A stretch of DNA of 63,852 nucleotides, counting the filler. It is 5 parts of 5 records of this genome, joined end to end, with 100 filler letters (N's around TTAATTAATTAA, not from the genome) between each part and the next. Parts side by side here need not be neighbours in the genome. Positions count along the whole stretch, not along the records: positions 1 to 22,695 come from DRR723986_11302; 4 more parts are not named here. One strand, given 5' to 3'. A model generated the notes under the pieces. That model did not search any database and was not told where the DNA came from. It saw nothing but the letters and a program-made list of their open reading frames with translations. A program made the position numbers and the translations under genes. Shown here in pieces: positions 10,010 through 21,853 of the stretch (position 1 is its first letter; every line of letters starts with the position of its first letter).

Positions 10010-10876
10010 CTATCGAGCTGGAAGGTCAAAAAACCTGTCAATTGCATGACCGCGTCCATCTGACATAGTCAAGCGCACAGTTTTTCCGGCCAAGTCCAGC
10101 CCCTTTTGCGTCGACATAATATCAAGGACAAAGCGCGCGGACTTCCCGTCAGGCAATACTCGCATTTTTGGCGCATGAAACTGTGTGGTTTCGTCCAGCT
10201 CTGCCAATACGTCAGCTTTTGTTAACGGTTGCGAAGAAACCGCATCCACCACAAGGTTTTGATAGCCCGGCTTTCCTGCATAAGAAACTGATGTAATGGT
10301 CAACCCATCCGGGTTTTCTTTTAAGCGTTTAGGAACCCGCGCAAGCCAATTACCAATTTTGGTATCGGTTACAATGGTCCCACGGTCTTCCGCATCTATG
10401 GCCAATTCATAGTTTGCTTTAAACGGCACACAAATTTCTTTGCACACCATAAAGTCTGCGCTGAATGTTGCGAGGCCACCGGCAGTGTCTATTTGAAAAG
10501 GAATAGCAACTTGTTTGCTATAGCCGTATGTCTCCAAACCAAATAACTCAAACCGCTCAGGCACAGGATACAAAAGGTCAACTTCTTTATCATTGTTGAA
10601 AACGCGGACTGGTAAGCCTGCTTCACCGGGCGAACGCCAATATGTTTTCCATCCGTCTTCAAGTTTAGCTTCCCATGCAAGCAGAACAGAGGTTGGCTTG
10701 GCAGGTTCCAACACACCCGAAACTGACGATGCAACATCATTGGAAGCTACAATAAGCCGCGTCGATATCATGTCCTGATGATTTTGCCATGGCGTTTCAC
10801 TGTCGGCAAAAGCAGCGCCCGAACTAAAGGCGGACAAGCCCACCGCAAAAATACTCAATAAACCTAGCAAACGCAT
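10010..10876 (-). CDS. Periplasmic DsbD N-terminal-domain protein
   Basis: Signal peptide; GWKTYWRSPGEAG and VCKEICVP motifs; AAGGAG ahead of ATG 10876. Confidence 0.85.
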   Translation of the reverse strand: MRLLGLLSIFAVGLSAFSSGAAFADSETPWQNHQDMISTRLIVASNDVASSVSGVLEPAKPTSVLLAWEAKLEDGWKTYWRSPGEAGLPVRVFNNDKEVDLLYPVPERFELFGLETYGYSKQVAIPFQIDTAGGLATFSADFMVCKEICVPFKANYELAIDAEDRGTIVTDTKIGNWLARVPKRLKENPDGLTITSVSYAGKPGYQNLVVDAVSSQPLTKADVLAELDETTQFHAPKMRVLPDGKSARFVLDIMSTQKGLDLAGKTVRLTMSDGRGHAIDRFFDLPAR

Positions 10877-11069
10877 TCGACACTCCTTCAATTCTCGCTA
10901 TGTAACAATTTCGGGCATGTAATGCCAATCTCAAAGCTTCACATTCGCGTCAACCACATCAGATGGTCAGGTTTATGCGTCAGTCGGCCTTGTTGCACCC
11001 AACCAACTAGCCTATGTATAATAGCATATTATTTGAATATATATCGGGCACAACCGAAACAGGAATACA

Positions 11070-11633
11070 ATGACGACAGCTGGTTTTCTAGAAAACAAAT
11101 TATTGCTGGCAATGCCAACCATGGCAGACGAGCGCTTTGAACGTAGCGTTATTTACATGTGCTCGCATGATGCTTCAGGAGCAATGGGGCTGGTTGTTAA
11201 TCAGGTCATGACCCAGCTTTCCTTCAAAGCGCTATTGGAACAGCTAGACATCGACATGGATGAGAAGGTCCCTGAAATCGCTGTTCATGCGGGTGGCCCA
11301 GTTGAACCAGGCAGAGGGTTTGTTCTTCATTCTGCTGACTTTGTGCAAGAATCCACCTTAATTGTCAGCCAATCATTAGCACTTACTGCAACAGTAGATG
11401 TCCTAAAGACTTTGGCTAAAGGCAAAGGGCCAACCCGGTACCTTGTTGCGCTTGGTTATGCAGGCTGGGGTGCGGGCCAGCTTGAACGTGAGGTTCAGAG
11501 TAATGGCTGGATGATTGCCGATGCCGATGATGAAATCTTATTCAATACTGAAGTAGATTTAATGTGGCCAAGAGCCATGGCCATGCTGGGTATCGATATC
11601 GCAATGCTATCCACTGAGGCTGGCCACAGTTAA
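11070..11633 (+). CDS. YqgE/AlgH family protein
   Basis: LLAMPTM.D.RF.RSVIY, GGPVEPGRGFVLHS and LGYAGWGAGQLE motifs. Confidence 0.95.
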   Translation: MTTAGFLENKLLLAMPTMADERFERSVIYMCSHDASGAMGLVVNQVMTQLSFKALLEQLDIDMDEKVPEIAVHAGGPVEPGRGFVLHSADFVQESTLIVSQSLALTATVDVLKTLAKGKGPTRYLVALGYAGWGAGQLEREVQSNGWMIADADDEILFNTEVDLMWPRAMAMLGIDIAMLSTEAGHS

Positions 11634-11644
11634 TAAGGCTAGGC

Positions 11645-12379
11645 CTAGTTCACAAGTTCCTGAACGCTGGCTGCGGCACTTTCCAAATTGAACGATGGTA
11701 AGCTTTGTCCAATACGGTGGGCGCCCTCTTCAACGCCATCGAAAATTTTCTCCATATCCAGCACACGTAAATCGATATCAAAGTCTTTCAATAACTCAAT
11801 CAGGCGTATGGGCATTTGTTGCGGCGTAATCAAGTTGGGGGACGGAAGTAAAAACATATCGTCAATATTCACAGTCAAAGACTCTCGGCGATCTTCAAAA
11901 GGCTGACTTTCAATATTAACCGGTGTCATAGCACCGACCAAAACTGTGCCACCCATCGCACGCTCATCTGCAAATGGTAACGCCAAAACCTCAAGTTCAT
12001 GGAAGTAGTTGCCGCAAACAGAAACAGAGCCAGACCGAAGAACGCCGCAAGCACGGACAATTGAGAGTGCATAAATTTCTTCTGCCAAGCCGCTGTCACG
12101 ACTGCTATCAAAAATGCTATCGTATGTTTTGTCGGTCATTCCGACACCGATCAATTCCTCAAGCGAGGAGCCAGCTAAACGAAACCTGAGGGAACCATCC
12201 GTGTCCATTTCAAGAATGAACATCCACCGCAACACTGAAGTAAGACGACGCAAATCCAGTTGCCGACGCGCAGGCAAACGATCACCGCCACCAAGCGCGC
12301 GCCAATAACCCAAAAAATTACCGAGTTCCGGACCCAAAATTATTCCCCATGCCCCGAAAAGCTTGGACATTGGTATCAC
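11645..12379 (-). CDS. PAS_5 (DUF1457)-like domain protein
   Basis: YW..L.G...LPAR..LD and FRLAGS motifs typical of alphaproteobacterial stand-alone PAS_5 proteins, with a C-terminal extension. Alternative start at ATG 12370. Confidence 0.72.
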   Translation of the reverse strand: MIPMSKLFGAWGIILGPELGNFLGYWRALGGGDRLPARRQLDLRRLTSVLRWMFILEMDTDGSLRFRLAGSSLEELIGVGMTDKTYDSIFDSSRDSGLAEEIYALSIVRACGVLRSGSVSVCGNYFHELEVLALPFADERAMGGTVLVGAMTPVNIESQPFEDRRESLTVNIDDMFLLPSPNLITPQQMPIRLIELLKDFDIDLRVLDMEKIFDGVEEGAHRIGQSLPSFNLESAAASVQELVN

Positions 12380-12454
12380 TTTGTCACAAATTCTTCAACT
12401 CTTGAAAAAAACACCAAATAACTATACGAAACTAGCGAATATTATTTATATTTT

Positions 12455-13699
12455 TCAAATGTTTAACGTTTTTTCTACGATATCGGAATCACCTACTGCC
12501 GCAACTGATGGCTGCTCAACATTGGCTAACAAGGCCGCAACGGTGCCGACACTTTCAGGGGTGACACTATCCACATTATCGATCATTTCCTGAACAGGGA
12601 TAGTACGATCAAATAATAAAAGTTGCCGCCCTAATTGTTCCATTCTTGAAGTCGTCGCTTCCAATGCCATTAACAGCCCAGCTTTTAGCTGAGCACGAGC
12701 AATTTGGAACTCTTGGTCGGTCGGGCCGTCTGCCAAAGCGGCCATCTCGCCTTTGATAACAGGCACCATATCAGCCATTAGGTTAGGGCTTGTACCGGCG
12801 TAAATGCCAAACAAACCCGTTTCAGCATGGCTGCTGCTAAAACTATAAACAGAATAGGCCAACCCCCTATGTTCACGCACTTCTTGAAACAGTCGTGAAG
12901 ACATACCACCGCCAAGAATAGTTGAGTATATCTGGTGAGCGTAATAGCTGTCGTCATGGAAAGATACGCCCGGCCACCCTAGAGTGATATGCAACTGCTC
13001 CAGCTCTCGTTGTTCAAGCTGCACACCCCCAACATAGTGGGCCTTTTCCGGTTTGTTTCGCTCACCGACAGGCAAGTTTTCAAATTTCTCCGCAACAATA
13101 TTTACAAGCTGGTCATGGTTCAAATTGCCTACTGCAGAGACAACAATATTACTTGCCAAATAATGGGTGGCGAGAAAATCCATCAAACTATCACGGGTAA
13201 AGCCCCGCACTGTTTCCGCGTCGCCCAATATAGTTCGGCCAATGGGTTGGTCTTTAAAAGCTACGCTCTGCAAATGGTCAAAAACGATATCGTCCGGCGT
13301 GTCCAGTGTTTGGCCAATTTCCTGTATAATAACGTCTTTTTCGCGCTCAAGTTCGGCTTCATCGCAAATACTGTTGATAACCAGGTCACCAAGCAGATCA
13401 ACTGCAAGCGGCAGGTCTTCTTTTAAGACCCGGGCGTAATAGGTTGTGTTGTCGCGCGATGTGTATGCGTTCATGTGACCGCCTACAGATTCAATTTCGA
13501 AAGCAATGTCGCGAGCAGACCGCTTGGCCGTTCCTTTGAACAACATATGCTCAAGACAATGGGTTAAGCCGTTTTGAATTTCTGTTTCAAAACGAGCGCC
13601 AACATCCACCCAAACACCGATTGCGACAGTTTCAACTGTTCGGCGGCTTTCACTAACTATGCGCAAACCACTTGGAAGCCGCGTTACCTGAACAGACAT
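12455..13699 (-). CDS. M16 family (pitrilysin/MPP-like) peptidase
   Basis: HCLEH (HxxEH) followed by MLFKGT; NAYTSRD; GGGMSSRLFQEVRE. Confidence 0.95.
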   Translation of the reverse strand: MSVQVTRLPSGLRIVSESRRTVETVAIGVWVDVGARFETEIQNGLTHCLEHMLFKGTAKRSARDIAFEIESVGGHMNAYTSRDNTTYYARVLKEDLPLAVDLLGDLVINSICDEAELEREKDVIIQEIGQTLDTPDDIVFDHLQSVAFKDQPIGRTILGDAETVRGFTRDSLMDFLATHYLASNIVVSAVGNLNHDQLVNIVAEKFENLPVGERNKPEKAHYVGGVQLEQRELEQLHITLGWPGVSFHDDSYYAHQIYSTILGGGMSSRLFQEVREHRGLAYSVYSFSSSHAETGLFGIYAGTSPNLMADMVPVIKGEMAALADGPTDQEFQIARAQLKAGLLMALEATTSRMEQLGRQLLLFDRTIPVQEMIDNVDSVTPESVGTVAALLANVEQPSVAAVGDSDIVEKTLNI

Positions 13700-15108
13700 T
13701 AATGAGACCCTGTCCGCACAAGCGTTTGCAACGCAGCCATATCATTTTCCAAAACCTGGTATGCTTCCTCGCGCTCATAAAGGTCAGCCATATGCGGTGG
13801 CAACGTGGGTGCTGCACCCGTTGCCTCTTCAACAGCAGCACCAAATTTAACCGGATGGGCCGTAGCCAAAGTAACTTTGGCACCATCAGAAGCTTCCAAA
13901 AGTTCTGCAGCCTTAAGACCCACGGCTGTGTGCGGGTCGGCTACATAACCGTCTGACGCTGCTAAAGATGCCATCACTTTTTTAGTGGTTTCATCGTCCA
14001 CTTGCTGTGCCAAAAAGCTATCGCGAGCAAGTGCTATTTCGGCATCGCTTAATGCAATAGAACCCGCTTCGGCGAAGCTATCCATGAGGGTACTGACCCT
14101 GCTACCATCACGCTGAGCCAAATCAAACATCATGCGTTCAAAATTACTGGACACCTGAATGTCCATACTCGGCGAAATAGTTGCATGAACGTCACCGCGC
14201 TCATAGCGTCCGGTTTGCAGTGTGCGTGCAAGAATGTCGTTGCTATTGGTTGCTATAACCAGCTTGTCTATCGGCAACCCCATGGATTTAGCGATAAAGC
14301 CAGCATATATATCGCCAAAGTTACCGGTCGGCACACTGTATGATATCGTTCGGTCCGGTGCGCCAAGCGCAGTGGCAGAGGTGAAGTAATAAACCACCTG
14401 CGCCATAACGCGCGCCCAGTTGATAGAGTTGACCGCTGTTAAATTAACTTCATCGCGAAAAGCTAAGTCATTAAAACAAGCTTTCACCAGCGCCTGACAA
14501 TCATCGAATGTGCCATCTACGGCAATGTTAACCACATTGGGTTCAATCACGGTAGTCATCTGGCGGCGCTGCACATCCGACACCCTACCTTTAGGGTGCA
14601 GCATATAGATGGAAACATTCTCGCGGCCGCGACATGCCTCAATAGCGGCAGAGCCGGTATCGCCCGATGTTGCACCCAAAATCGTCAACTTTTGATGTCT
14701 TTTTTGGGTAAAATGATCAAAAAACCTACCCAATAATTGAAGGGCAAAGTCCTTAAAGGCCAAGGTTGGTCCGTGAAAAAGTTCCAGAACCCAATCATTA
14801 GGCCCAAGCTGTAAAAGCGGCGCTACCGCTGACCGACGAAAGACATCGCTGCCATATGTGGCCTTAAGCATTGCCTGTAAGTCTGCGTCTTCTATAGACC
14901 CCGTTACAAACGGTTTGATAACCTTGAAAGCAACCTCGGCATAAGAGCAGCCAGCCATGGCACGTATCTCTTCAGCCGAAAACGACGGGAACGCTTCAGG
15001 CACATACAAACCACCATCACGTGCCAAACCTGCCAGTGTTACGCCCTCAAAGTCGAGAATGTCAGCTTTACCGCGGGTTGAAATATATTTCACAGGTCTA
15101 TCACTCAA
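13699..15108 (-). CDS. thrC: Threonine synthase
   Basis: YISTRG, ELFHGPTLAFKD, ATSGDTG, NSINWAR and VPTGNFG motifs. Confidence 0.98.
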   Translation of the reverse strand: MSDRPVKYISTRGKADILDFEGVTLAGLARDGGLYVPEAFPSFSAEEIRAMAGCSYAEVAFKVIKPFVTGSIEDADLQAMLKATYGSDVFRRSAVAPLLQLGPNDWVLELFHGPTLAFKDFALQLLGRFFDHFTQKRHQKLTILGATSGDTGSAAIEACRGRENVSIYMLHPKGRVSDVQRRQMTTVIEPNVVNIAVDGTFDDCQALVKACFNDLAFRDEVNLTAVNSINWARVMAQVVYYFTSATALGAPDRTISYSVPTGNFGDIYAGFIAKSMGLPIDKLVIATNSNDILARTLQTGRYERGDVHATISPSMDIQVSSNFERMMFDLAQRDGSRVSTLMDSFAEAGSIALSDAEIALARDSFLAQQVDDETTKKVMASLAASDGYVADPHTAVGLKAAELLEASDGAKVTLATAHPVKFGAAVEEATGAAPTLPPHMADLYEREEAYQVLENDMAALQTLVRTGSH

Positions 15109-15216
15109 CTAACTGATTATGTCGCCAAAAACGCCGAACAGTCATACGAGGCGATCTAACAGGATGCAAGCGCTGACATGGCTTTGGGCCCTATTGATGT
15201 ATCTTTCCCGGAAATT

Positions 15217-15915
15217 TCAGGTCTTTTTATATCCAAAAGCAATATAAACGCCAACCAACGCCCCGGCGATACCAAACCAAGTCAGCATATATTCCAAGTG
15301 ATTATTGGGGATATCCACCCTAACCTGGCCGCCACGCGGCAAAGCCCGCGGGTCGTTACTTTGGTCGGCGAATAACCTAAAATGGTAATAATCTTTACTA
15401 CCCAATCCATAATGCGCAGCAATTTCGTGAACATCAGCATGATGCCAATTGCCCTTTTCAGGGTCGTTCTCAATGGTGAAACTACCCGCGACTGGGTTTT
15501 CCATTAGCACGCCTTCTATAAGGACAGGGCCAACTGGCAGCAACGGCATTGTTTTGGTCTCAAAGGGTATCCAGCCAAAATTGACGATAACCGCCCGCCC
15601 AAATTCACGAATAACCGGCTTGTATAAATGAAATCCGGCTTGCCCTTGCACGTTAGTGCCAAACACCCGGACCGGTTCGGCGTCGCTTGCAGTGCCTTCA
15701 AATGAAAACTTGTGGTAGGCAACAGCGGCCGGGTCGTCAAGATGAACAGGCAATACCTCAGGTGCCGCCGCGAGGCCATCTTCGATAGATTTGATCAATG
15801 CCCTTTTAGGTCCAATTCTTTGCGCCTGCCATGTCCCAAGGCCGATTAGAATAACCAGCGCGACGCCCACAAGCATCGTTGGCAAAACACCGGGGCGAAA
15901 AGAGCCTGAATTCAT
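15217..15915 (-). CDS. surf1: SURF1 family cytochrome oxidase assembly protein
   Basis: LGTWQ, VNFGWIP and NNHLEYMLTWF motifs; located at the end of the cox operon. Confidence 0.93.
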   Translation of the reverse strand: MNSGSFRPGVLPTMLVGVALVILIGLGTWQAQRIGPKRALIKSIEDGLAAAPEVLPVHLDDPAAVAYHKFSFEGTASDAEPVRVFGTNVQGQAGFHLYKPVIREFGRAVIVNFGWIPFETKTMPLLPVGPVLIEGVLMENPVAGSFTIENDPEKGNWHHADVHEIAAHYGLGSKDYYHFRLFADQSNDPRALPRGGQVRVDIPNNHLEYMLTWFGIAGALVGVYIAFGYKKT

Positions 15916-16331
15916 TGCTTTTCCCTTTGATCATCAAGCGAACCTTGATGCGCATCATGATGAAACTGCAAAGCAATCAATGTTGCCTTGAAAACCCTAA
16001 GCATCCATACGCTTCCCATAAGCACAAAAACACCTAACACCAACGCTAGTGCCCACAACGGTAGCTCAAACAAACCGTATAATATAAAACCCATAAGGGC
16101 ACAAAGCCCGCCCAGCACCAAGATCACAAAAACTTGCGCACCGTCTCCAGGGTCGGCTTCAGATAAATCAAAGCCGCAACCCGGGCATATTTGATGAACT
16201 TCAAGAACATTAAAGAATAACGGCGTATCGCCGCAGCTCGGACATACACACTTGATGCCTGCCCGATAAGGCGAAACCGACCGGCGAGGCCGATCGGTTC
16301 CAAATTCGTTTCGCAATTGAGTACCGCTCAA
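15912..16331 (-). CDS. DUF983 zinc-ribbon membrane protein
   Basis: CPSCG...CPGCG, ADPGDG, two TM helices and KATLIALQF. Confidence 0.85.
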   Translation of the reverse strand: MSGTQLRNEFGTDRPRRSVSPYRAGIKCVCPSCGDTPLFFNVLEVHQICPGCGFDLSEADPGDGAQVFVILVLGGLCALMGFILYGLFELPLWALALVLGVFVLMGSVWMLRVFKATLIALQFHHDAHQGSLDDQREKQ

Positions 16332-16334
16332 TGC

Positions 16335-17186
16335 CTAGCCACCCCAGATGTATACGGCCACAAATAGGAACAACCATACAACGTCTACAAAGTGCCAGTA
16401 CCAAGCAGCAGCCTCAAAGCCGAAATGCCGCTCAGAAGAGAAGTGCCCTTTATACGCACGGCCCAAGCACACAGCTAAGAATATCGTTCCAACCAAAACA
16501 TGGAAACCATGGAAGCCTGTAGCCATAAAGAAGGTGGCGCCGTAAATGTTGCCGGAGAAACCGAAGGCTGCATGATTATACTCATAGCCCTGCACCATGG
16601 TGAAGACCGCACCAAGTAAAACAGTCAACCAAAGGCCTTTTTTGAGGCCATCACGGTCATTGTGCAAAATAGCATGGTGTGCCCACGTCACAGTTGTACC
16701 GGAAAGCAGCAAAATCAATGTATTGATAAATGGTAAGTGCCACGGGTCAAAAGTTTCAATACCCACAGGCGGCCAAACAGCTTCGTTACCAATAACATCC
16801 CAGAACGTCGCAGCATTGGTTGGCACAATCGGGTAGAGAGAGGCGTTAAAGAAAGCCCAGAACCATGCCACAAAGAACATAACCTCTGAGGCAATGAATA
16901 GGATCATACCGTAACGAAGGCCAATGCCCACGACAGGTGTATGGTCACCAGTTTCAGCCTCTTTCACCACGTCTTTCCACCATGCAAACACAGTGTAAAT
17001 CAAAAGCGCAAAGCCAAGTCCAAAACCCCAAGAGCCCCAACTGCCGCCTTCAATACCAAACAACAAGGCATCTGGCTTCATTGCGAATACTGCACCAAGC
17101 AGCATCACAAAAATTGCCAAAGAACCCACTGCGGGCCAAGGGCTTGGGTCCACCAAATGGTAGTCGTGTTTAACGTCGCCTGCCAT
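16335..17186 (-). CDS. ctaE: Cytochrome c oxidase subunit III
   Basis: [29 protein letters not shown] and [10 protein letters not shown] motifs. Confidence 0.98.
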   Translation of the reverse strand: MAGDVKHDYHLVDPSPWPAVGSLAIFVMLLGAVFAMKPDALLFGIEGGSWGSWGFGLGFALLIYTVFAWWKDVVKEAETGDHTPVVGIGLRYGMILFIASEVMFFVAWFWAFFNASLYPIVPTNAATFWDVIGNEAVWPPVGIETFDPWHLPFINTLILLLSGTTVTWAHHAILHNDRDGLKKGLWLTVLLGAVFTMVQGYEYNHAAFGFSGNIYGATFFMATGFHGFHVLVGTIFLAVCLGRAYKGHFSSERHFGFEAAAWYWHFVDVVWLFLFVAVYIWGG

Positions 17187-17240
17187 GTAATCCTCCTCAA
17201 CAAAGTGTCGGCTTTTCCGACCACTTTAAACTTTTTTGGG

Positions 17241-17801
17241 TCACCGACCCGTTATTGAATTCGTCTCTTCATCATCCATAACAAAGAATGTGTATGAAAG
17301 CGTTACCTCAGTAACCTCATTCAAGTTTCGGTCCTCATCTATCAAAGGGTCGATAAAATAAACAACCGGCATCACAACCGTTTCGCCAGGCTCAAGCACT
17401 TGTTCCGTGAAGCAAAAGCAATCTACTTTCGCGAAATAAAGCCCAGCCTTGTGCGGCGAAACATTATATGTCGCTGTACCAACTATGGTCTTATTGGTCG
17501 GGTTATGGGCCTCAAAATATGCAAGGCCTTGTTCTCCAACTTTCAGTTCCTGAATGCCTTGTTGCGGCTTAAATTCCCACGGCATGTCCCGGTGGACACT
17601 GGCGGCAAACCGAACTTTCATGTCGCGATCAATCGCGCCAACATCTACCATGGCAGAACGCTGGGTAGTGCCACCGTAACCTGTCACCTTGCAGAAAAGG
17701 TCGTACAAAGGCACAGACGCATAAGCAAGACCAACCATGCCAAGCACAATGCTCACTACCATTACAGCCAATCGGTTATTTTTTTGTGCAATCGCCGTCA
17801 A
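17241..17801 (-). CDS. ctaG: Cytochrome c oxidase assembly protein Cox11/CtaG
   Basis: YASVPLYDLFCKVTGYGGT, CFCF copper motif and TLSYTFF; TTG start overlapping the upstream stop. Confidence 0.96.
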   Translation of the reverse strand: MTAIAQKNNRLAVMVVSIVLGMVGLAYASVPLYDLFCKVTGYGGTTQRSAMVDVGAIDRDMKVRFAASVHRDMPWEFKPQQGIQELKVGEQGLAYFEAHNPTNKTIVGTATYNVSPHKAGLYFAKVDCFCFTEQVLEPGETVVMPVVYFIDPLIDEDRNLNEVTEVTLSYTFFVMDDEETNSITGR

Positions 17802-17950
17802 GGTGCCAACCCTTTGATACGGAAATAACTGATAATGCCCAAGGCAATCACAAAAATTCCCAATGACAGGCCAACAACCCGGTTACGCTTGCCAACACGT
17901 TCGGCTTCAGCAACGTCCGTTTGGGCATCTTTTTGATTCAAATCACTCAT
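17798..17950 (-). CDS. Small (50 aa) single-TM protein in the cox operon (CoxF-position ORF), not in the ORF track
   Basis: Translated by hand: [54 protein letters not shown] overlap with the ctaB stop and TTGA overlap with the ctaG start. Confidence 0.85.
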   Translation of the reverse strand: MSDLNQKDAQTDVAEAERVGKRNRVVGLSLGIFVIALGIISYFRIKGLAP

Positions 17951-18891
17951 GCCAAAACACCTTCTATCAATCGATCAATCGCTAGGGCCGCGAAAACGCC
18001 AAACAAGTATAATATTGAGAACCAGAACAGTTTTTTATCGGCCTTATCGATACCGCGCCAAACCATGACCGCAAGCGCCAAAAATACAGCGCCCATTACA
18101 CCTGACAGAAGGCCGTAAAACAAACCGGCAAAGCCCAAGAAATACGGTGCCATGCCACACGGCACCATCAGAATGCTATAAAGCAATACTTGGCGGCGCG
18201 TTTCATCAACGCCTGCAACAACTGGCAGCATCGGCACGCTGACTTTTTCATAGTCTTTCTTAATGAATAATGATAACGCCCAAAAATGTGGTGGTGTCCA
18301 AAGAAAAATAATCCCGAACAAAACAATCGACTCAATCGTCACACTGTCTGTTACTGCGGCCCAACCAATCATAGGCGGGAAAGCACCAGCAGCACCACCA
18401 ATGACAATATTGTGCGGTGTGCGCCGCTTAAGCCACATGGTGTATACTATCACATAAAAGAAAATGGTAAGTGCAAGCAAAGCCGCTGACGTTAAGTTAA
18501 CGATCAACCCCATAAGCACCACTGACGCAACCGAAAGCACCAAGCCAAAGCCAAGCGCATCACCCGGTGTAACCTTACCAGCTGGGATCGAACGCTTCGC
18601 TGTTCGCTTCATTTCAGCGTCAATATCAGCGTCATACCACATATTAAGAGCACCTGAAGCACCTGCACCAATAGCGATAAGTGTGATGGCCGCAAGTGCC
18701 AAAACCGGATGCATGGTACCAGGTGCGGCAAGCATTCCGACAAATGCCGTGAATATAACCAACGACATCACGCGTGGCTTGAGCAGAGCAATAAAATCAG
18801 CGGCATCTGCCGTCTGCCCCGGATGGGCAGTAGCACTGGCATGACTGCCAGTTTGGGCTGTTTGCTCTATTGATGTCGCAGTATCAGACAC
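17947..18891 (-). CDS. ctaB: Protoheme IX farnesyltransferase (heme o synthase)
   Basis: [34 protein letters not shown] and WTPPHFWAL motifs. Confidence 0.97.
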   Translation of the reverse strand: MSDTATSIEQTAQTGSHASATAHPGQTADAADFIALLKPRVMSLVIFTAFVGMLAAPGTMHPVLALAAITLIAIGAGASGALNMWYDADIDAEMKRTAKRSIPAGKVTPGDALGFGLVLSVASVVLMGLIVNLTSAALLALTIFFYVIVYTMWLKRRTPHNIVIGGAAGAFPPMIGWAAVTDSVTIESIVLFGIIFLWTPPHFWALSLFIKKDYEKVSVPMLPVVAGVDETRRQVLLYSILMVPCGMAPYFLGFAGLFYGLLSGVMGAVFLALAVMVWRGIDKADKKLFWFSILYLFGVFAALAIDRLIEGVLA

Positions 18892-18946
18892 ATTGGTTTC
18901 CTTATAGTTTGAAGACCGCCCCCAAACTGATGAGGGCGGCTTTCAA

Positions 18947-20572
<1,626 letters not shown>

Positions 20573-21463
20573 TTATCGACCAAGCGTTGACGTTGACGCA
20601 GAGGCAACAGTGCCGCCCTGACGCTCAACCCAACGGGCAAATTGTTCTTTAGAGACAACTTCTACAGCAATCGGCATGTAGGCGTGGTCTTTACCGCATA
20701 GTTCGGAACATTGACCATAAAAGATGCCGGTTTGGTTAGCCTCAAACCATGTTTCGTTCAAACGACCGGGCACTGCGTCTAGCTTCACGCCAAAGGCAGG
20801 AACAGTCCATGCGTGCAACACATCTGATGCAGTCAACTGCACTTTAACTTTAGTGTCGACAGGCAATACAATGCGGTAGTCTGTGTCAAGAAGGCGCGCG
20901 TTTAACTTTGCAGGCCACCCTAAAAAGTCTGTCAATTCAGCTTCTGTTGAAGCTCTGAGCGCAGGATCTGTAAAGGCTGCATCGGGTACAACATTGGCTG
21001 TTACTTCAATATCGCCGTGATCCGGGTAATTGTACGTCCAGTTCCACTGATTGCCTGTTACATGAATAGCCATATCAGTTTCAGGTACCTGATCTTGCCA
21101 GTATAGAAGCGGCAAAGAGATAACCCCGATAACTACTAGAATTAAAATTGGGACAACGGTCCAGACAACCTCAATAAAAGTGTTGTGGCTAACCTTTGAC
21201 GGAACAGGGTTGGCTTTCTCACGGAAACGCCACATGGTGTAGAACATCAAAATGAATACAAAAATTGTAATCACTAAGATGATCCAAAACAGCAATTCAT
21301 TAAAATCACTAATTTTCTGCGCCTGTTCGCTTGCTGCTTCCTGCAGCCAAATGCGTTTATCGATTGGCTGACCAATTCGATCCTGTGCAAATGCGCCAGT
21401 CGTCATAGCGAACATTGCTATCATTACAGCAACTATTCCGGCAAAAAGCCCTTTGACGTTCAT
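20573..21463 (-). CDS. ctaC: Cytochrome c oxidase subunit II
   Basis: QWNWTY, DVLHAW and CSELCGKDHAYM CuA motif. ATG 21463 is preferred (AAGGA upstream, signal peptide follows). Confidence 0.97.
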   Translation of the reverse strand: MNVKGLFAGIVAVMIAMFAMTTGAFAQDRIGQPIDKRIWLQEAASEQAQKISDFNELLFWIILVITIFVFILMFYTMWRFREKANPVPSKVSHNTFIEVVWTVVPILILVVIGVISLPLLYWQDQVPETDMAIHVTGNQWNWTYNYPDHGDIEVTANVVPDAAFTDPALRASTEAELTDFLGWPAKLNARLLDTDYRIVLPVDTKVKVQLTASDVLHAWTVPAFGVKLDAVPGRLNETWFEANQTGIFYGQCSELCGKDHAYMPIAVEVVSKEQFARWVERQGGTVASASTSTLGR

Positions 21464-21792
21464 AACAATGCTTTCCTTTGTCCTAACCTGAAAAATCAAT
21501 CTAAGCTCATTCGACTTATAGCACACCAAAACTTAAAGGTTCCGTATCAATGCTAACCGCAATTTCGCGCTTCTACTGACAGTTCAAACATCTAATTGGC
21601 AGGAAAAGCGTCCTGCCCAGCCCTGATTAATTTCGTGCCTCTTATACCAGAGGTTTTCATAGGCTCAAGCCCATGTGACACATGAAAGTAAAATTTGTTC
21701 CACTTAGATCAATATTTGTACAAAAATATCGCACAACTGCTTGAGTTTTTGGCCTCTTAAGACCAAAGTAACTTAATCAGCGAAGTCTAGAA

Positions 21793-21809
21793 TGTGGCAT
21801 TTGGCCGCA
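21793..21809. promoter_or_regulatory. RegA/PrrA/RegR-like box candidate
   Basis: TGTGGC-ATTTG-GCCGCA resembles the GCGGC-N5-GTCGC RegR/PrrA consensus and lies in the ctaC/tldD divergent region. Confidence 0.4.
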
Positions 21810-21853
21810 TTTTTTCGGTGAAAATACCTATTTGTTTTGATTAAGGAGCGCCC

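Noticed and set aside
21699..21712. FNR box upstream of ctaC
   Set aside because: Only the ATCAA half matches; the other half (TCCAC) is far from TTGAT.
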